From assembly GCA_012295275.1 (NCBI GenBank), contig CM022674.1, positions 15,314,001 through 15,378,000 of the forward strand: a stretch of 64,000 bases of DNA, written 5' to 3'. Position numbers and translations under genes: made by a program. The notes under the pieces were generated by a model, which made no database searches, had not been told where the DNA came from, and worked only from the letters and a program-made list of their open reading frames with translations. Position 1 is the stretch's first letter; every line of letters starts with the position of its first letter. The stretch comes from Chrysomallon squamiferum. Taxonomy: Eukaryota > Animalia > Mollusca. Shown here piece by piece: positions 1 through 12,861 of the stretch.

Positions 1-811
1 TGTAATATAAATGTAAATTGTTTTTACAATACTAATAAATAATATTTTTATATTTTAAAATATAATAAGTATTAAAATTTCTGTGCAAAACATTTTTTAT
101 AAAATATAATACGTACGTCTTTTTATATGTTAAATTTTGTTGTAACACTGATATAACTATTTTGTAAAATATTTTTATTTTATAACATTAGTTAAATATT
201 GCATAAAAAATATAATAGTAAAAAGTAAAAATAAAATATAAATAAATAATTTGTCACGTTTTAAATACAGTCACTGTTGTAACATTAGTGTAAATTACGT
301 TTGTATTATTAATGTTAAATAGTTTTAACGATTTTTCAAAGTATTATCATAACAGAAATAAGTTATTTTTTTATGTTTAATATTAAATATTTGTATCTAC
401 ATGTTTTTAAAGGAAGATCGTCGACTGGGACTGATATTTTTCTACGTAAGTATTTTTGCTGTGCGTTTGTGTGTTTTTGCGTATATAAAAATGTTCGTAT
501 CTGCATGTCTCTGATCTTGTTTATTATCGTTTTGGTTTTACGTTTGTTTGTTTTCTAAATTTTACTTATTTATTTTGCCGTGCAGTTAGTATTATATATA
601 TAATTATAACGACTTTAGTGTAATACATTTATATATTTGTTTACTTATTTATTTATATATTTACTTATTTGTTTATTTATTCATTTGTTTGTTTCTTTGG
701 GGTTTTTTGGTTTCTTTGTGTTTGTGTCTTTGTGCATTTGCTTATTTGCATGTTTTGTACTTGTTTACGCATGTTGATTTTTCTCCTCGTAGACTGAGTT
801 TTGTTTTCTAG

Positions 812-1310
812 GTGTGTGCTACGTTGGGGACGACGGCATGCTGTTCATTCGACAATCTGGAGGAAATTGGTGAGGTGTGCGCCAAAGAGGACGTCTGGCT
901 TCACGTCGACGCTGCATACGCCGGCAACGCCTTCATCTGTCCTGAATTTCAACATCTTTTAAAAGGGGTTGAGGTGTTTGAGATTAAATAATAATAATAC
1001 TAATACAAATAATAATAATAATAATAACAATACTACTAATAATAGCAATAATAATAATAGTACTAGTACTATAATAGTAGCAGTAGTAGTAGAAGTAATA
1101 AATAAAAAATAAAAAAATAAAGAAAGAAAGAAAGAGGGAAAGAAAGAAGGAAAGAAAGAAAAAGAAAGAAACATATTAGAATAACCTATTGATACAATAC
1201 AATTTGTAAATCTAAATACCCCAATCCATTAAGCACTGTTGCATATTCTAAACCAAATATAATATGTTTACATATAAACACTGACAAAACAACAAAAACA
1301 ACAACAACAA

Positions 1311-1372
<62 letters not shown>

Positions 1373-1898
1373 ATAATAATAATAATATTAATTAAGAAAA
1401 ATATATATATATTTTTATATAAACTACAAGCAATCTCACATATAAAAATAACAACGTGATAAAGGACAGACATTAATTTCAAGTTTATTAGCTTCTTTAC
1501 ACCCATGTAGGTCAAAGGTCGACCTTTTAAACAGTTACTTTTACTAATGTTTTCATTCAGATTTTTCTTTTACTTTGAAGAATGCCAACTCTCTGAATTT
1601 CAACACAAATAAATGGTTGCAAATAAATTTTGACTGTTCATTAATGTGGTAAGTTAGTTTATGATGAATTAATTTATGTATCTGGTTACATAATTTTTGC
1701 AGGTTTTTATTATTTACTTTTTACTTTTTGTTTCTTTGTTTGTTAGTTTATTGAGATATTTACACTTTTTCTTATTTATTTACTTACTAACTTACTTATT
1801 TACTTACTTATTTGACTGTTTACTCAAATATTTACATTTGTGTTCGTTTATTTATTTATTTCTTTATTAATTCATTCTACAGTTTGTATATCTATGTC

Positions 1899-1937
<39 letters not shown>

Positions 1938-3301
1938 GTTGATCTGGTTTATCTGTGCGCTGGTCTCTTTGTCTATTTATTTATTCATTTATTCATTAAT
2001 TTATCCATTTATTCATTAATTTATCCATTTATTCATTAATTTATCAATGTGTTTGTTAATTTATTCATTCATCTATCTCTATATATATCTATGGATATAT
2101 GTATTTTGTCTATCTCTGTGTATGTATAAGTATATATGAATCTGTCAGTCTAAATCATTATGTCAGTCTATCTGTCCGTATCTCTGTTTTTTTCTCTAAG
2201 TATATATTTATTTCAGGGTGAGAGAACAGGACACATTATCGGGAGCTCTAACTGTTGATCCACTCTATCTACAACATAAACATGGAGACCAAGCAATTGA
2301 CTTCAGAGTAAGTGAATATTAATTAATTAATCTATATTGATTTTTCATCGTTATTTATGCTGAGAGAGTTTAACGAAATCGTATGATCATTTCACTACCT
2401 GGGTTGTTTTCCGTTAAAGCCAGCCGGAAAAGAATCCATATATCTATATATCTATACCTGATGTTTAGTTAGGGTCGTAAGTTCAATATATTCATCAGAC
2501 AATTAATTGATTAATAATTTGTTCATTTATCAGCACTGGGGAATACCTTTAAGCAGGCGGTTTCGATCTCTGAAACTTTGGTTCGTTTTACGAACCTACG
2601 GCGTCGAAGGCCTTCAGCATCGTATAAGGGAGGTAAGTCTCACAGTCATATTTGGTGACATAGCAGAGTTCTCGTTCTTGATGAAACGAATCGCGTTAGT
2701 AACATGAACATTATCAAATAGTAATGATGATCCAAACATAATAACATAAGAAAAATTATGATTAATCTCAAAAATTAACTTATAAAGCGGGTAAATTATA
2801 TTATATTTGTCTTTAAATCTTTAATAATATCAAAACTGAGTTTAGGAAAAATAATTCACAACTTGGATGGTTTTTCCTTTTTATATTTTTCATAAGTTTA
2901 TTGTTCGTCATTTGGTGTTTTAAATTGTGTAGTACTACATCAAATGGGACATGTGGGCTCCATTTCAATAAAATATGTAATTAATTAATTCTGACCGAAC
3001 ACATATGATTTATATTTAAATATGTACAAGTGAATGTTGTGTATATTATGTACTGACAAGTAATATAAGTAGTTTCAGTTATTTCCATTTATTTATCTGT
3101 ATTTTTATCTGTATTATTATTATTTTTCTGAAGCCTTATTTAAAATATTAATACTCTGTGTTAAAAATACATCGACTATCTTCACAATATCAATACTAAT
3201 CATGAAAAGCTCCGGGTCTGGCTGACAGGCTAGGTCCCTGACCCTAAGCAAAATTAAATGTAAATGAGGCAGTTATGATTTTTCATTTTATTATTATTAT
3301 G

Positions 3302-3367
<66 letters not shown>

Positions 3368-4000
3368 AAAACAATCTCTCTCGTAATCAGATATATATAT
3401 ATATATATATTAACATTATTCAGCATGTTCGTCTGGCGAAGCTGTTTGAAAGTCTGGTAGAAAAAGATTATCGGTTTGAAATACTCGGAGAAGTTTCCAT
3501 GGGTCTCGTTTGTTTCCGTCTTAAGGTCAGATTTAAATTAGAATTAATGTTCGCTAGAATGAGATATTTATTTATTAATTTTAACGCAGTATAACAAATG
3601 TAACATAAGTAACAAATATAATAAAAAACCAAAACAAAAAAAACAACAACAACCCCCCCCAAAATATGAATAAAATAGTAAGGATAAAAAATACAAAATA
3701 AAATGTATATACATTATTTAAAAGAATCTGAAATTATCCAAACATTATTTATTTTCAAAGGGGCCTAACTGTTTAACTCAGAAATTACAGCGCATGATCA
3801 ATGAATCCCGGAAGCTACACATGGTACCAGCTTTAATCAACGAACACTTCGTCATTCGGTTCGCCATTTGTGCGGAAAGAGCCTGCGACAAAGATATCAC
3901 CTATGCCTGGGACGTCATAGTAGAGATGACGTCAGAGCTATTGTTATACCGTCGCGACAGGAACGACAAGCTGAGACGGAAGTTCTTGAAGAGAGTTTGA
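812..4000 (+). CDS. Tdc: Tyrosine decarboxylase-like (group II PLP-dependent aromatic amino acid decarboxylase), copy 1; 3' six exons only, 5' exons outside the window
   Basis: GT-AG exons 812-973 ([16 protein letters not shown]...[18 protein letters not shown]), 1581-1648 ([18 protein letters not shown] lysine), 2217-2307 (VDPLYLQH...IDFR), 2534-2632 ([18 protein letters not shown]), 3424-3525 ([18 protein letters not shown]) and 3761-4000 splice in frame. NxNKW and [12 protein letters not shown] are Tdc-type (DDC has NPHKW, HDC has NPSKW). A 1-nt deletion near 3963 and a downstream deletion affect only the C-terminal tail. Confidence 0.85.
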
Positions 4001-5344
4001 GTGATTCTGAAGACGAGGTTTTCCCCGAGTTCGATAATGAGATGATATTCGACAATCAGAGATGCAATCTACAAAGAGCACGGCTGCCATGGATTCCTTT
4101 GTAGTAATGGCTGCTGTTCGGTAAGCGTAGCATTTATTTACTTTATGTATTGAATTTAAAGAAGGAAAATATAGATTTCAGATGGAAACTTATTTTATTT
4201 TTTAATCTGTACGCTTTCATTTTCAGTTATTTTATTTTGTTGCATTTACTTACTGTAATTTTTATCATTAAAAACAAGGAACTGTTTAATGTTTCGTTCA
4301 GGAAAAAAAAGAATTCAATCCATAAGTGTTAACAGCGTTTTAATATAATCTTAAAGTTAGTGAGACACACTGAAAGTGACTAAGCTGCTGATTAACAGCA
4401 ACAGTTTTATGTGCATCTTTCCATAGACAGAAAAGCACAAACCACAACCTTTTATAAACACACTGATTAGTATTAATGCAGTCATTCAGCGAAACAGAAC
4501 TCAAAGCTACCTCACGTTTTTGGTTCATTTATTAAAATATTATTTTCTATAACTAATTGTTTGAACATAGTTAATTAATAATTACATATTCTGTTATAAG
4601 TGACATTTGCCAATTTTTTGTTTGTTTTTGTTTTAAAGCAAACTCTGGGGTTCACTGATAGTATGAAAATAAGGTCAGGAGGGTTAAATGCCCCAGTGTT
4701 AATAATACTAATAAAAGATTATTATAAAAGTAAATACTGGGGTGATAGTAGGTGTTTCAGGGTCTCTGTTGTGGTGTTTAGACATGAAACAGCCATGGAT
4801 CACATTTAAATAATAAACAATAAACTGTAGACAGTTTCAAACATTATTATTTTGCTTTTCGAAAACAACTAAACTAAAGGTATCAAATGTGTGTGTTTTA
4901 TTTTTGTTTTGTTTCTCTCTGAAAATCACTTTATGTACCTTGATTGAATTCGGTCAGTACACTTTTCCAGTTACAGCATTTTGTTGTTAATGCTTGTTTT
5001 AAAGAAATTAATTGGATAAATGAAAAAAAAAAAAAATACAAGGACAAAAAAGTCTTTAGTAATTATTTTGGGCATAATCTATCTAGAATGGGAAAAAAGC
5101 ATTTTCTAATTAACATTTTATATATTTTCCAATTAGTATTTGTTGGGTATAGAAATTTACACTACCTTTTAATGTTAAGTTCAGAAAATAGTTAAATTGT
5201 GGTATAATAAGAAATTGTTTTAAAACAGAAAACAATTCGCTAAATATTATTTATTGTTGATTAATAATCAAGAATCTACATTATGTTAATATAAATGCAT
5301 ATAAGAAATTATTTCATTTATTTATTTAAAATTATCGATTGGCT

Positions 5345-5386
<42 letters not shown>

Positions 5387-5409
5387 GCATTACTCTTGTG
5401 TGTGTGTTG

Positions 5410-5442
<33 letters not shown>

Positions 5443-5519
5443 AATAATGTGACCAATAGACTTTGACCAAACCATCTCTGTAAATTATGACACATTTCTT
5501 TAACATATTTTACATGACT

Positions 5520-5720
5520 TTTACATTGTAATATAATTATTTGAGCATTATGTTAAGATGTAATCCTTTGTGAATCCTAGTGACTCATTCACCCCATAAT
5601 GTAGTCCTTTGTGTATCCTACTGACCCATACACCCTTTCAATTTAGTTCTTACCATATCCTACATGCCTACTATACCTCTGTAATTTACCCTCTACAACC
5701 TTGTAATATAAACCTGTCTA
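5520..5720. repeat. Degenerate ~41-bp minisatellite between the convergent Tdc and PARP 3' ends
   Basis: Recurring tgtaatcctttgtg..tactgacccatacaccc units. The same family occurs at ~23400-23700 (same orientation) and ~43260-43600 (reverse). Confidence 0.65.
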
Positions 5721-6236
5721 CAGTAAAGTCAAGGCATAACTCATCTACTTGTGAGTATAAATTGAAACACCCATATGAAATATGAAACAAAAAAAGAAAT
5801 CTGTTTTTATTGTATTTTTCGTTGCAGCAGACGAAACAAATCCTTCCGCACCAGAAAGAAAATAAACAAAAAATATCTTAACTGCAGATTACAGCCCTGC
5901 AGGTAAAACAGTTCACTGACGCCATACCTACTCTTGTTATCATAAACAAATAATATTATTCATTATCTTTAGTAAAACATATATTAAATATGCATTTTTA
6001 TGACAAATATTGAGAGTATAGAATATTATAGTATAGTATACTATAGTATAGTATAGTACAGTATAGTATAATATGGTATAGTATAGTATAGTACTATATA
6101 GTATTGTATATCATAGTATTTATCTTTAACAATAAGTCTCAAAATACAGGGTCCTCCTATGCTATAGTTAACCCTGGGAAAGTTTCCAGTATTCTTGTGT
6201 GTTAAGATGTCCCTAACCTAAACATCAAAACGGTTG

Positions 6237-6280
<44 letters not shown>

Positions 6281-6349
6281 TATACTAAAAAGAAAATTAG
6301 AGTCAAACAGCGTTTTTAAAAAAAAAAAAAATAATAATCCGAGAATCAC

Positions 6350-6950
6350 AAATCGCTTTGTTTTGTTAGCAGTATCTGTTGAAGATGAATTTCAAGAAGC
6401 TGAACTTGATGGTGTGTTGGAAATGAAACTGTGAAATGTAGGTTTCCTGTTCGGAGTATTTACTGTAGAAGTAGATCTGTGAAATGTTGGTGTTGTGCTG
6501 GAAGTTTTTGCTGTAGAAGCTTAACTCTGAAATACTGGTGAAGTCTTGGAAGTGTTTGCTGTAGAAGTAGATCTACGAAATCTTAGTGTTGTGTTGGGAG
6601 TGTTTGCTGTAGAAGTAGATCTATGTAATGTTAGTGTTTGCTGTAGAAGCTGAAAACCGAAATACTGGTGAAGTGTTGGAAGTGTTTGCTGTAGAAGCTG
6701 AAAACCGAAATACTGGTGAAGTGTTGGAAGTGTTTACTGAAGAAGCAGAACTGTGGAATCTTTGTGTTGCGTTGGAAGTATTTCCTGCAGAAGCTGAACT
6801 CTGAAACACTGGTGAAGTGTTGGAAGTATTTCCTGCAGAAGCTGAACTCTGAAACACTGGTGAAGTGTTGGAAATATTTACTGCAGAAGCTGAACTCTGA
6901 AATACTGGTGAATTGTTGGAAGTGTTTACTGAAGAAGTAGAACTGTGAAA
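6350..6950 (-). repeat. 48-bp coding tandem repeat (16 aa, e.g. FQSSASAGNTSNTSPV) at the PARP copy A C-terminus
   Basis: Repeats are visible in the ORF translation and continue in degenerate form beyond the TAG at 6621. Confidence 0.8.
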
Positions 6951-7476
6951 TGGTTGTTGAATGCTGGCTGTTCTGTTAACTGAAGTGTGCATTTGAATAT
7001 TTCTGGTAGGAGTAGATGCGTATAAAATAGGTACTGAAGTGCTCGACGAAGACAATTCTGGGCTTGTCTTCACAGAATATTCAAGAAGAAACACTGGGTA
7101 ACTCTGTGAAGTGTCAAAGATTACAAAAATTGATGGATTATTTACATCATCGACACAGGAATCATAAAGAACATGTCCTTTCCTAGAAGGAGGCCGGCAA
7201 TACGAACTTTTACCTTTGGCATACTGGCCTACAAGAACCTTTGAAATGAACATGTAGCAATGTGATCCTGTGGTGTATCTGTGGCTGTATTTGGCATCCT
7301 GGGCAAAATAAGCCCCTTTGCCGTAAACTGTTCCATTTTTGCCGTTCAGCCTGAAATCAATGTTGTTGTGGCAGATTCCACGTATGACACTGATGTCGTC
7401 AGTAGTTCCATGAAATAGAAATCTTTCGTTAATATCTCCTTTATCATCTGCGTTCATCGACATTACTTTTCTCATA
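6621..7476 (-). CDS. PARP catalytic-domain exon of copy A (H-Y-I mono-ADP-ribosyltransferase type) plus Ser/Thr-rich repeat tail
   Basis: Open 284-aa frame with FHGT, YGKGAYFAQDAKYS and PSIFVIF as in the PARP7/11/12 clade; preceded by a cag acceptor. Confidence 0.85.
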
Positions 7477-8399
7477 CTGCAGAAGAAAAGAAAAATAATA
7501 TTTAAAAATATTATTGCTTACTGCTCACTAGGTAATATATTTTACATTAGTTTATGATCTGTAACAGTGTATGGGATAATAATTGATGCTACTTAAGGCG
7601 TCACAATTTTATAACTCTTCCGTAATGCTGGTTATCAAATATATTTCTAATAATAACTTTTCCTATAGAGTGATTATTTTCAATCCTTAACAGATGGATG
7701 GTAACTATTACTTTCACAAACATACTGATACATTTTCTATCATCAGTATTTTGGTACCAACCACTTACAATCAGTATATGGATACGAATGAGTTATCTAC
7801 AAATATTTTATTTTAAGAAATTGATTAATTTTCTATTGCTGGCTGCGGAAATAGTTGCTTGTTTCCAAGATTACGGAAGGAAAGACAATATGTACCATTT
7901 CCAACTGTAAATCAATCATTTAATTAATTATTGCTAGAATATTAAACATCTAACACATGCATGTGTGGAAACGAAATTCGTGTTCTTCAGTTCTAAGTGA
8001 AAATATATACTGTGTATTGGATTTTAAAAGTTATTTTATCTGTTTTATCACTCTTAATTATTGCTAAAGAAACATGAGTATGCAACATGAAAATAAAAAA
8101 TGTAAAATCGGAAAAAAGTAAGAGTCAAAATATAAGTGGAGAAAGTGAACAGAAAATAAAGGTAACCAGTAGCTAAGCTATTCAAGAAGTCATCATATTG
8201 AGGATGTCAAATACACAAATCTGTGAGCTTAAATGTTCATCTGTACCATTTTATCAGTCAACACCAATTAACCAATTAACAAATTAATGAATCTATTATT
8301 GCTGGCATTAGAAATCTATTGTTTGTTTCCAACACTACTGAAATATACCATATATCTACCCTTAAATATTGTAAATCTGTCATTTATTTAATTAGCTCT

Positions 8400-8660
8400 A
8401 GAAAATATTCATTTAATATCTATCGCTGATTATTTATTTGATGAGATCATACTGATTAAATATCTATCATTGATTATTTAATTAAAAATGATTATTTATT
8501 TCAGGAGAAGATACTGATTAAATATATGTCATAGATTATTCATTTAAGGATAACATGCTGCCTAAATATCTATCACTGATTAATTTATTTAATGAGAACA
8601 TACTGATTAAATGTATGTCATTCATTCCTTATTTAAGGGGAACATACTGATTAAATACCT
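8400..8660. repeat. Intronic degenerate ~40-bp minisatellite (tactgattaaatatctatca...)
   Basis: Recurring atactgattaaata core; reverse-complement counterpart at ~41400-41620 in the equivalent intron of PARP copy C. Confidence 0.6.
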
Positions 8661-8995
8661 CTGTCTGAATATATTTAGGCTATTGCATTGTATGTAAACA
8701 GTGTCAAAAAATGAGGACTCTTACCTACAATATTTTTCCCACATTGGTAGATTCTGGATCCGATACAAAGATTTCAATTTGAATTTCGATTTGTTCATGG
8801 TAGAGAAAAATAATTTCGTCACAGTTTTCACATCTTCATCTTTGCTAAAGTCATCAAGTTTTAATTTTACTATTTCCACTGGTTGGTAACAGTCTAAAGG
8901 CCACCAGTTGTCTGGGAGAGTTGGTGAACATGCAAGCTTCTTGGACGAAAGACATGGATGATATCTGTATTTTTATTTTATATAATAAAAATAAA

Positions 8996-8999
<4 letters not shown>

Positions 9000-9075
<76 letters not shown>
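9000..9075. repeat. (AG)n microsatellite
   Basis: Pure dinucleotide run; its inverted paralog is the (CT)n run at 40347-40554. Confidence 0.95.
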
Positions 9076-9077
<2 letters not shown>

Positions 9078-11364
9078 TATATGAAACAGGATAATGAGAT
9101 ATAGTATATCGACAGAAATTATTTTTAAAAATTAAGAAGGATAAAATTTAAATAAGGGAAATCCAAAATTATTGTTCTGGAAGAATACCTTTCTTTTTAC
9201 CCATTTTCTTGTCTCTGTACTTCATCAGAGGCAACACACACTCATTAGCAGAGATTAAAAATGAGAAACACAGGAAAATAACGTTTATTAGAAAATGAAA
9301 TAGAATAATGAGATATAGGTTAAAGATAGACAATATTAAAATCTAAAATGTAAAACAAGAGAAAATATTTTAATCCAAATTTATTTGTGTTGTACAATAT
9401 TTTTCTACTTACAATTTTTTTTGTCTCTGTACATCATCACTGGAAACAAAAGCAGGTCTCCTCAGCAGTCGTCTTTGTTTTAATGTTTTCTGGTTTGTTT
9501 GGGTCATCTCCCTAAAATTTATTTCATACTGAAACTGGTCTGTTTCAAAGTTATAAAATGGTTGCCCAGCCAGGTACTTCATTTCAAGAGTATACTGCAG
9601 ACTTTCCTATAATAAGAACGAGATGCTGTTTTATATAATACTGTAGTGTGTGTCAGGTGATATATCATATAATGGGTACGATATATGAGATATGCAAATT
9701 AATAATATATTAGAAACACCACGTTTTAGGCATTCATATGAAGACTTTCACCTCTTCTTTCTTTCTTTTTTCTTCTTTTCTTCTAATTTATTATTTTCTT
9801 TGAAATATTTTTTTTATAACATTTTATTTTATGCTCATACAAACTTCAAAAAAAATATTATACATCTCTCTTACATTTAATGCTAAGGTCTTTTTGTTTT
9901 CCTTATTTTTTTTTTTAGTGAAAAAAGACTAAACATGATAAAGAATAAAATAAAGTGAACATTCACTGGTTCATAAGGCACCCAATTTCCGAAGTCTTCA
10001 TCAAAATACCAACACCACTGTGTCAGCTGTGTGAAGTTGTCTTCTTGTCCAGTGACATACGATGGTGTCGAAAGACGCTGAACTCTGACCTCGAGCTTTC
10101 TCGGTTGCAGAGAAACAGAAGCTCTCATTAAGTCAAAATCAACAACAATTGGCATAAACTTACTGGCCACCGAAAACTGAAATATAAAATTATTAGTAGT
10201 GGTAGAGAATGTAATAGTACTGTTGCAATACGATTAAGAGTTATGACATTCTAACGTATTTGTTGTGCAGTAGTAAGTATCAAAAATAGTAAAGTTCTAC
10301 ACATAAAATTATCTCAGATGGCTTAATGAACTACTATTTTTCAAAGGATTTTTGAATACGTACGTCTTCATCAAGAGAAGAGCTTGTGACACCGGTTAGA
10401 TGAGGGTACAAGCGGCACTGATCCAGCGGGTAGTACTTTCTTAAGGATGTGCACTGAAACAAAAGAACAGCAGAGCAACATTCAGCTATATCAGTGTTGT
10501 TAAACTTAAACCTTATTACATATCAATAAAATTTCAATTATCAGGTCTGGTTGTTTTTGTACTCACCTTTATGTTTCCTGTATCTAACTTCAGACTGCAA
10601 AAACATTGCTCGATCATCTCATTCTCCACTATGTCAAAGCTGACCCATTTGTCACAAATCTCCATCTGCCATTGGTAAGGCAGGCATCTTTGTTTGTGTG
10701 TATTTGAATGTATTACACACTGACTCTACACACATTTCTCACAGAGCAGACCTCCTATTTCACTGTTGTTATTCACTACTTTAAAGCTGTCATTGACATC
10801 AAGTTGTGAAACTTGCACTAGATCAGTTTTCAGTGTCACATCAGATTGTTTCTGCCTTGAAATATTCGGTTGATCTTCTCCCACGTTCCCATCAAGTTGT
10901 TTCTTGTGTGGAACTGACAGGTTTGTTTTCACGGAATATATGGGTGTGTTGCTCTCTGTACTGCTCTTTGGTGGTGCGCTTTCATCACGAGATTTGTAGT
11001 CATTTGAACCTCTTTGTTCATTCTGTTGATGAATCTGATTGTGTTTGCAAAGAACCCTTTGTTCAAGTTTGTGAACACTATAGTGATTCATATGAAATAT
11101 TGAAAACACCCGCCGGTTACGTTTAGATGACTTGATGTCATGTTCTGGGAGATCATCTTGGTGACACCCCTCACTTGTTTCGAAGGCATCAAAATGAGAC
11201 ATACTTCTGAAATAATATATAAGAGTGAATCACTGATTTCTCTTAAATCTTCATCAGCTATGGTATTTTCATCATTAAATATAACAGTGACTGTTGTTTG
11301 TTTTTTTGTGTTTTTTTTTTTTTTTTTTTTTCAATACATTTAATACTGAATTAACAAACGTTTG

Positions 11365-11592
11365 GTCAGTTTGAGTTTTATTTGTAACCATTCAACCTCT
11401 TTTTGTACATGTTTAAATTCACTGAAAACAATATATATATATATGAGAAAAAAACTTGTTAATCCTTATTAATTTTTAAATATCAGTTGTCTATTTTATG
11501 TTTATAATTTTATTTTCAGTGAATTTAAACATGTACAAGAAAGAGGTTGAATGTTTAGCAGATAGAATTTTACAAATAGAACTCAAACTGAT
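11365..11592. repeat. Short fold-back inverted duplication of the PARP start-codon region
   Basis: 11365-11430 is the reverse complement of 11511-11592 (ttttcagtgaatttaaacatgtacaa...actcaaactga), apart from indels. Confidence 0.85.
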
Positions 11593-11603
11593 AAAACATT
11601 TAC

Positions 11604-11689
<86 letters not shown>

Positions 11690-11934
11690 AACATGAATAA
11701 CAACAAGTTCAATGACATAATCATTGTTAACAGTATCTAGTTTCACATAATCGTAGAGCGATTTCGTCCGTGTCCGTGCTAAGATCGACATGAAGCCAGC
11801 TCGTTCTTGTGGAGAGGGCGTAGAACAATAATAATAAAAATCAGATACATGCCTGCAAGAGTGCAGACTGCTCTTACCTTGTTTTATCGTCTGAAATGAT
11901 CAATCAGCCTAATAAAACTTTTAGAAAATCAGCT

Positions 11935-12470
11935 TTCTTGATCTACTTTCATTTCTTGTGCACACTCACTCTCAGTTATTGCTACGCCCACTTCCGGACA
12001 CTGTGCGTTAGGTTGCAAATGATGACAAACGGGACGCAACTTCCGGCTATGGCATTTTGCGCAAGCACACTAGCACAAAATAATTCTATATCTTTCGTTA
12101 GATTTATTTATTTATTTATTTAGAGATGACACTTAAAAAATAAACGTGTGGCGGAAATTATATCAGATATATATATATATATTAGTTTAAACTGCTGAAA
12201 CCGATTTCTGTTACAGCTATTGTTAGTGTAGACAAAGTTCTATAAAAACAAATCCGCCACCCACTCCTGTCTATAAAATGATTATGATATTACGTTAGTG
12301 CAAAGAAATCAGCTCACCTGACTTTTGGAATTTTCTACTTTCGTTTATTGGCCACACTGATTCTTCTTTGTTACGCATTCTTCCGGAGACTTAATGTGTG
12401 TTAGGTCCCAAATCATGGCAAACTCGATGTAACTTCTGGCAATGGCATTTTTGCGCTTGCACACTATATA
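11935..12470 (-). other. Tandemly duplicated putative 5' leader exon/promoter region of PARP copy A
   Basis: 11940-12075 and 12317-12470 resemble each other and the reverse complement of 30391-30516; the 12317 copy ends in a cag|gtgagc donor. Confidence 0.55.
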
Positions 12471-12823
12471 TCAGCGTCAAATATATCAGAGATGTATAAG
12501 TATGTATATATATTAGTTGAAAATACTGATACTGTTGTTTTACATTGAATTATTTATTTATTTCTGTTGTAGCTATCGTTATTCTCGCTGCTGCTATTTT
12601 CATTACTGCTGTTGTTGTTATGATTTGTTTTTCTGTCTGAAATACTGATATCGTGTCCGTAAATAAAGATAACGAATGGGCAGGTCTGTTATCGCTATTG
12701 GTTGTACTTTAATAATATGCTGTTTATCTGAACACCGAAAGAATGAACAGTATGTCACAAATGATAGTGATTAAAGGAAATAAAGAATCTTTAAGTATTG
12801 TTTTAATAAGAGCACACTAAATC

Positions 12824-12861
<38 letters not shown>

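Larger units (their letters stand above)
6621..11423 (-). pseudogene. PARP12/ZC3HAV1(ZAP)-like gene, copy A (CCCH-WWE-WWE-PARP); N-terminal exon disrupted, downstream exons intact
   Basis: Minus-strand exons ~11423-10567 (start frameshifted, zinc-finger block deleted, TAG at 10726, then LPYQWQ WWE start), 10453-10364, 10176-9967 (QRLSTP, TQWCWYFDEDFGNWVPY), 9606-9413 (YEINFREMTQTNQKTLKQRRLLRRP), 8964-8725 (RIQNLPMWEKY) and 7476-6621 (NERFLFHGT, GKGAYFA, YDSCVDDVNNPSIFVIF). Confidence 0.85.

Noticed and set aside
959-2039. Hydrophobic or poly-Ser/Leu ORFs in the Tdc introns (similar ORFs at 3275, 13356, 17007, 25989, 26188, 47895, 52521)
   Set aside because: They are translations of (AAT)n, (TAG)n and (TATC)n microsatellites.
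812-4000. Histidine decarboxylase or DOPA decarboxylase assignment
   Set aside because: NxNKW, AYAGNAF and [12 protein letters not shown] fit the Tdc clade better; a phylogeny is still needed to confirm.
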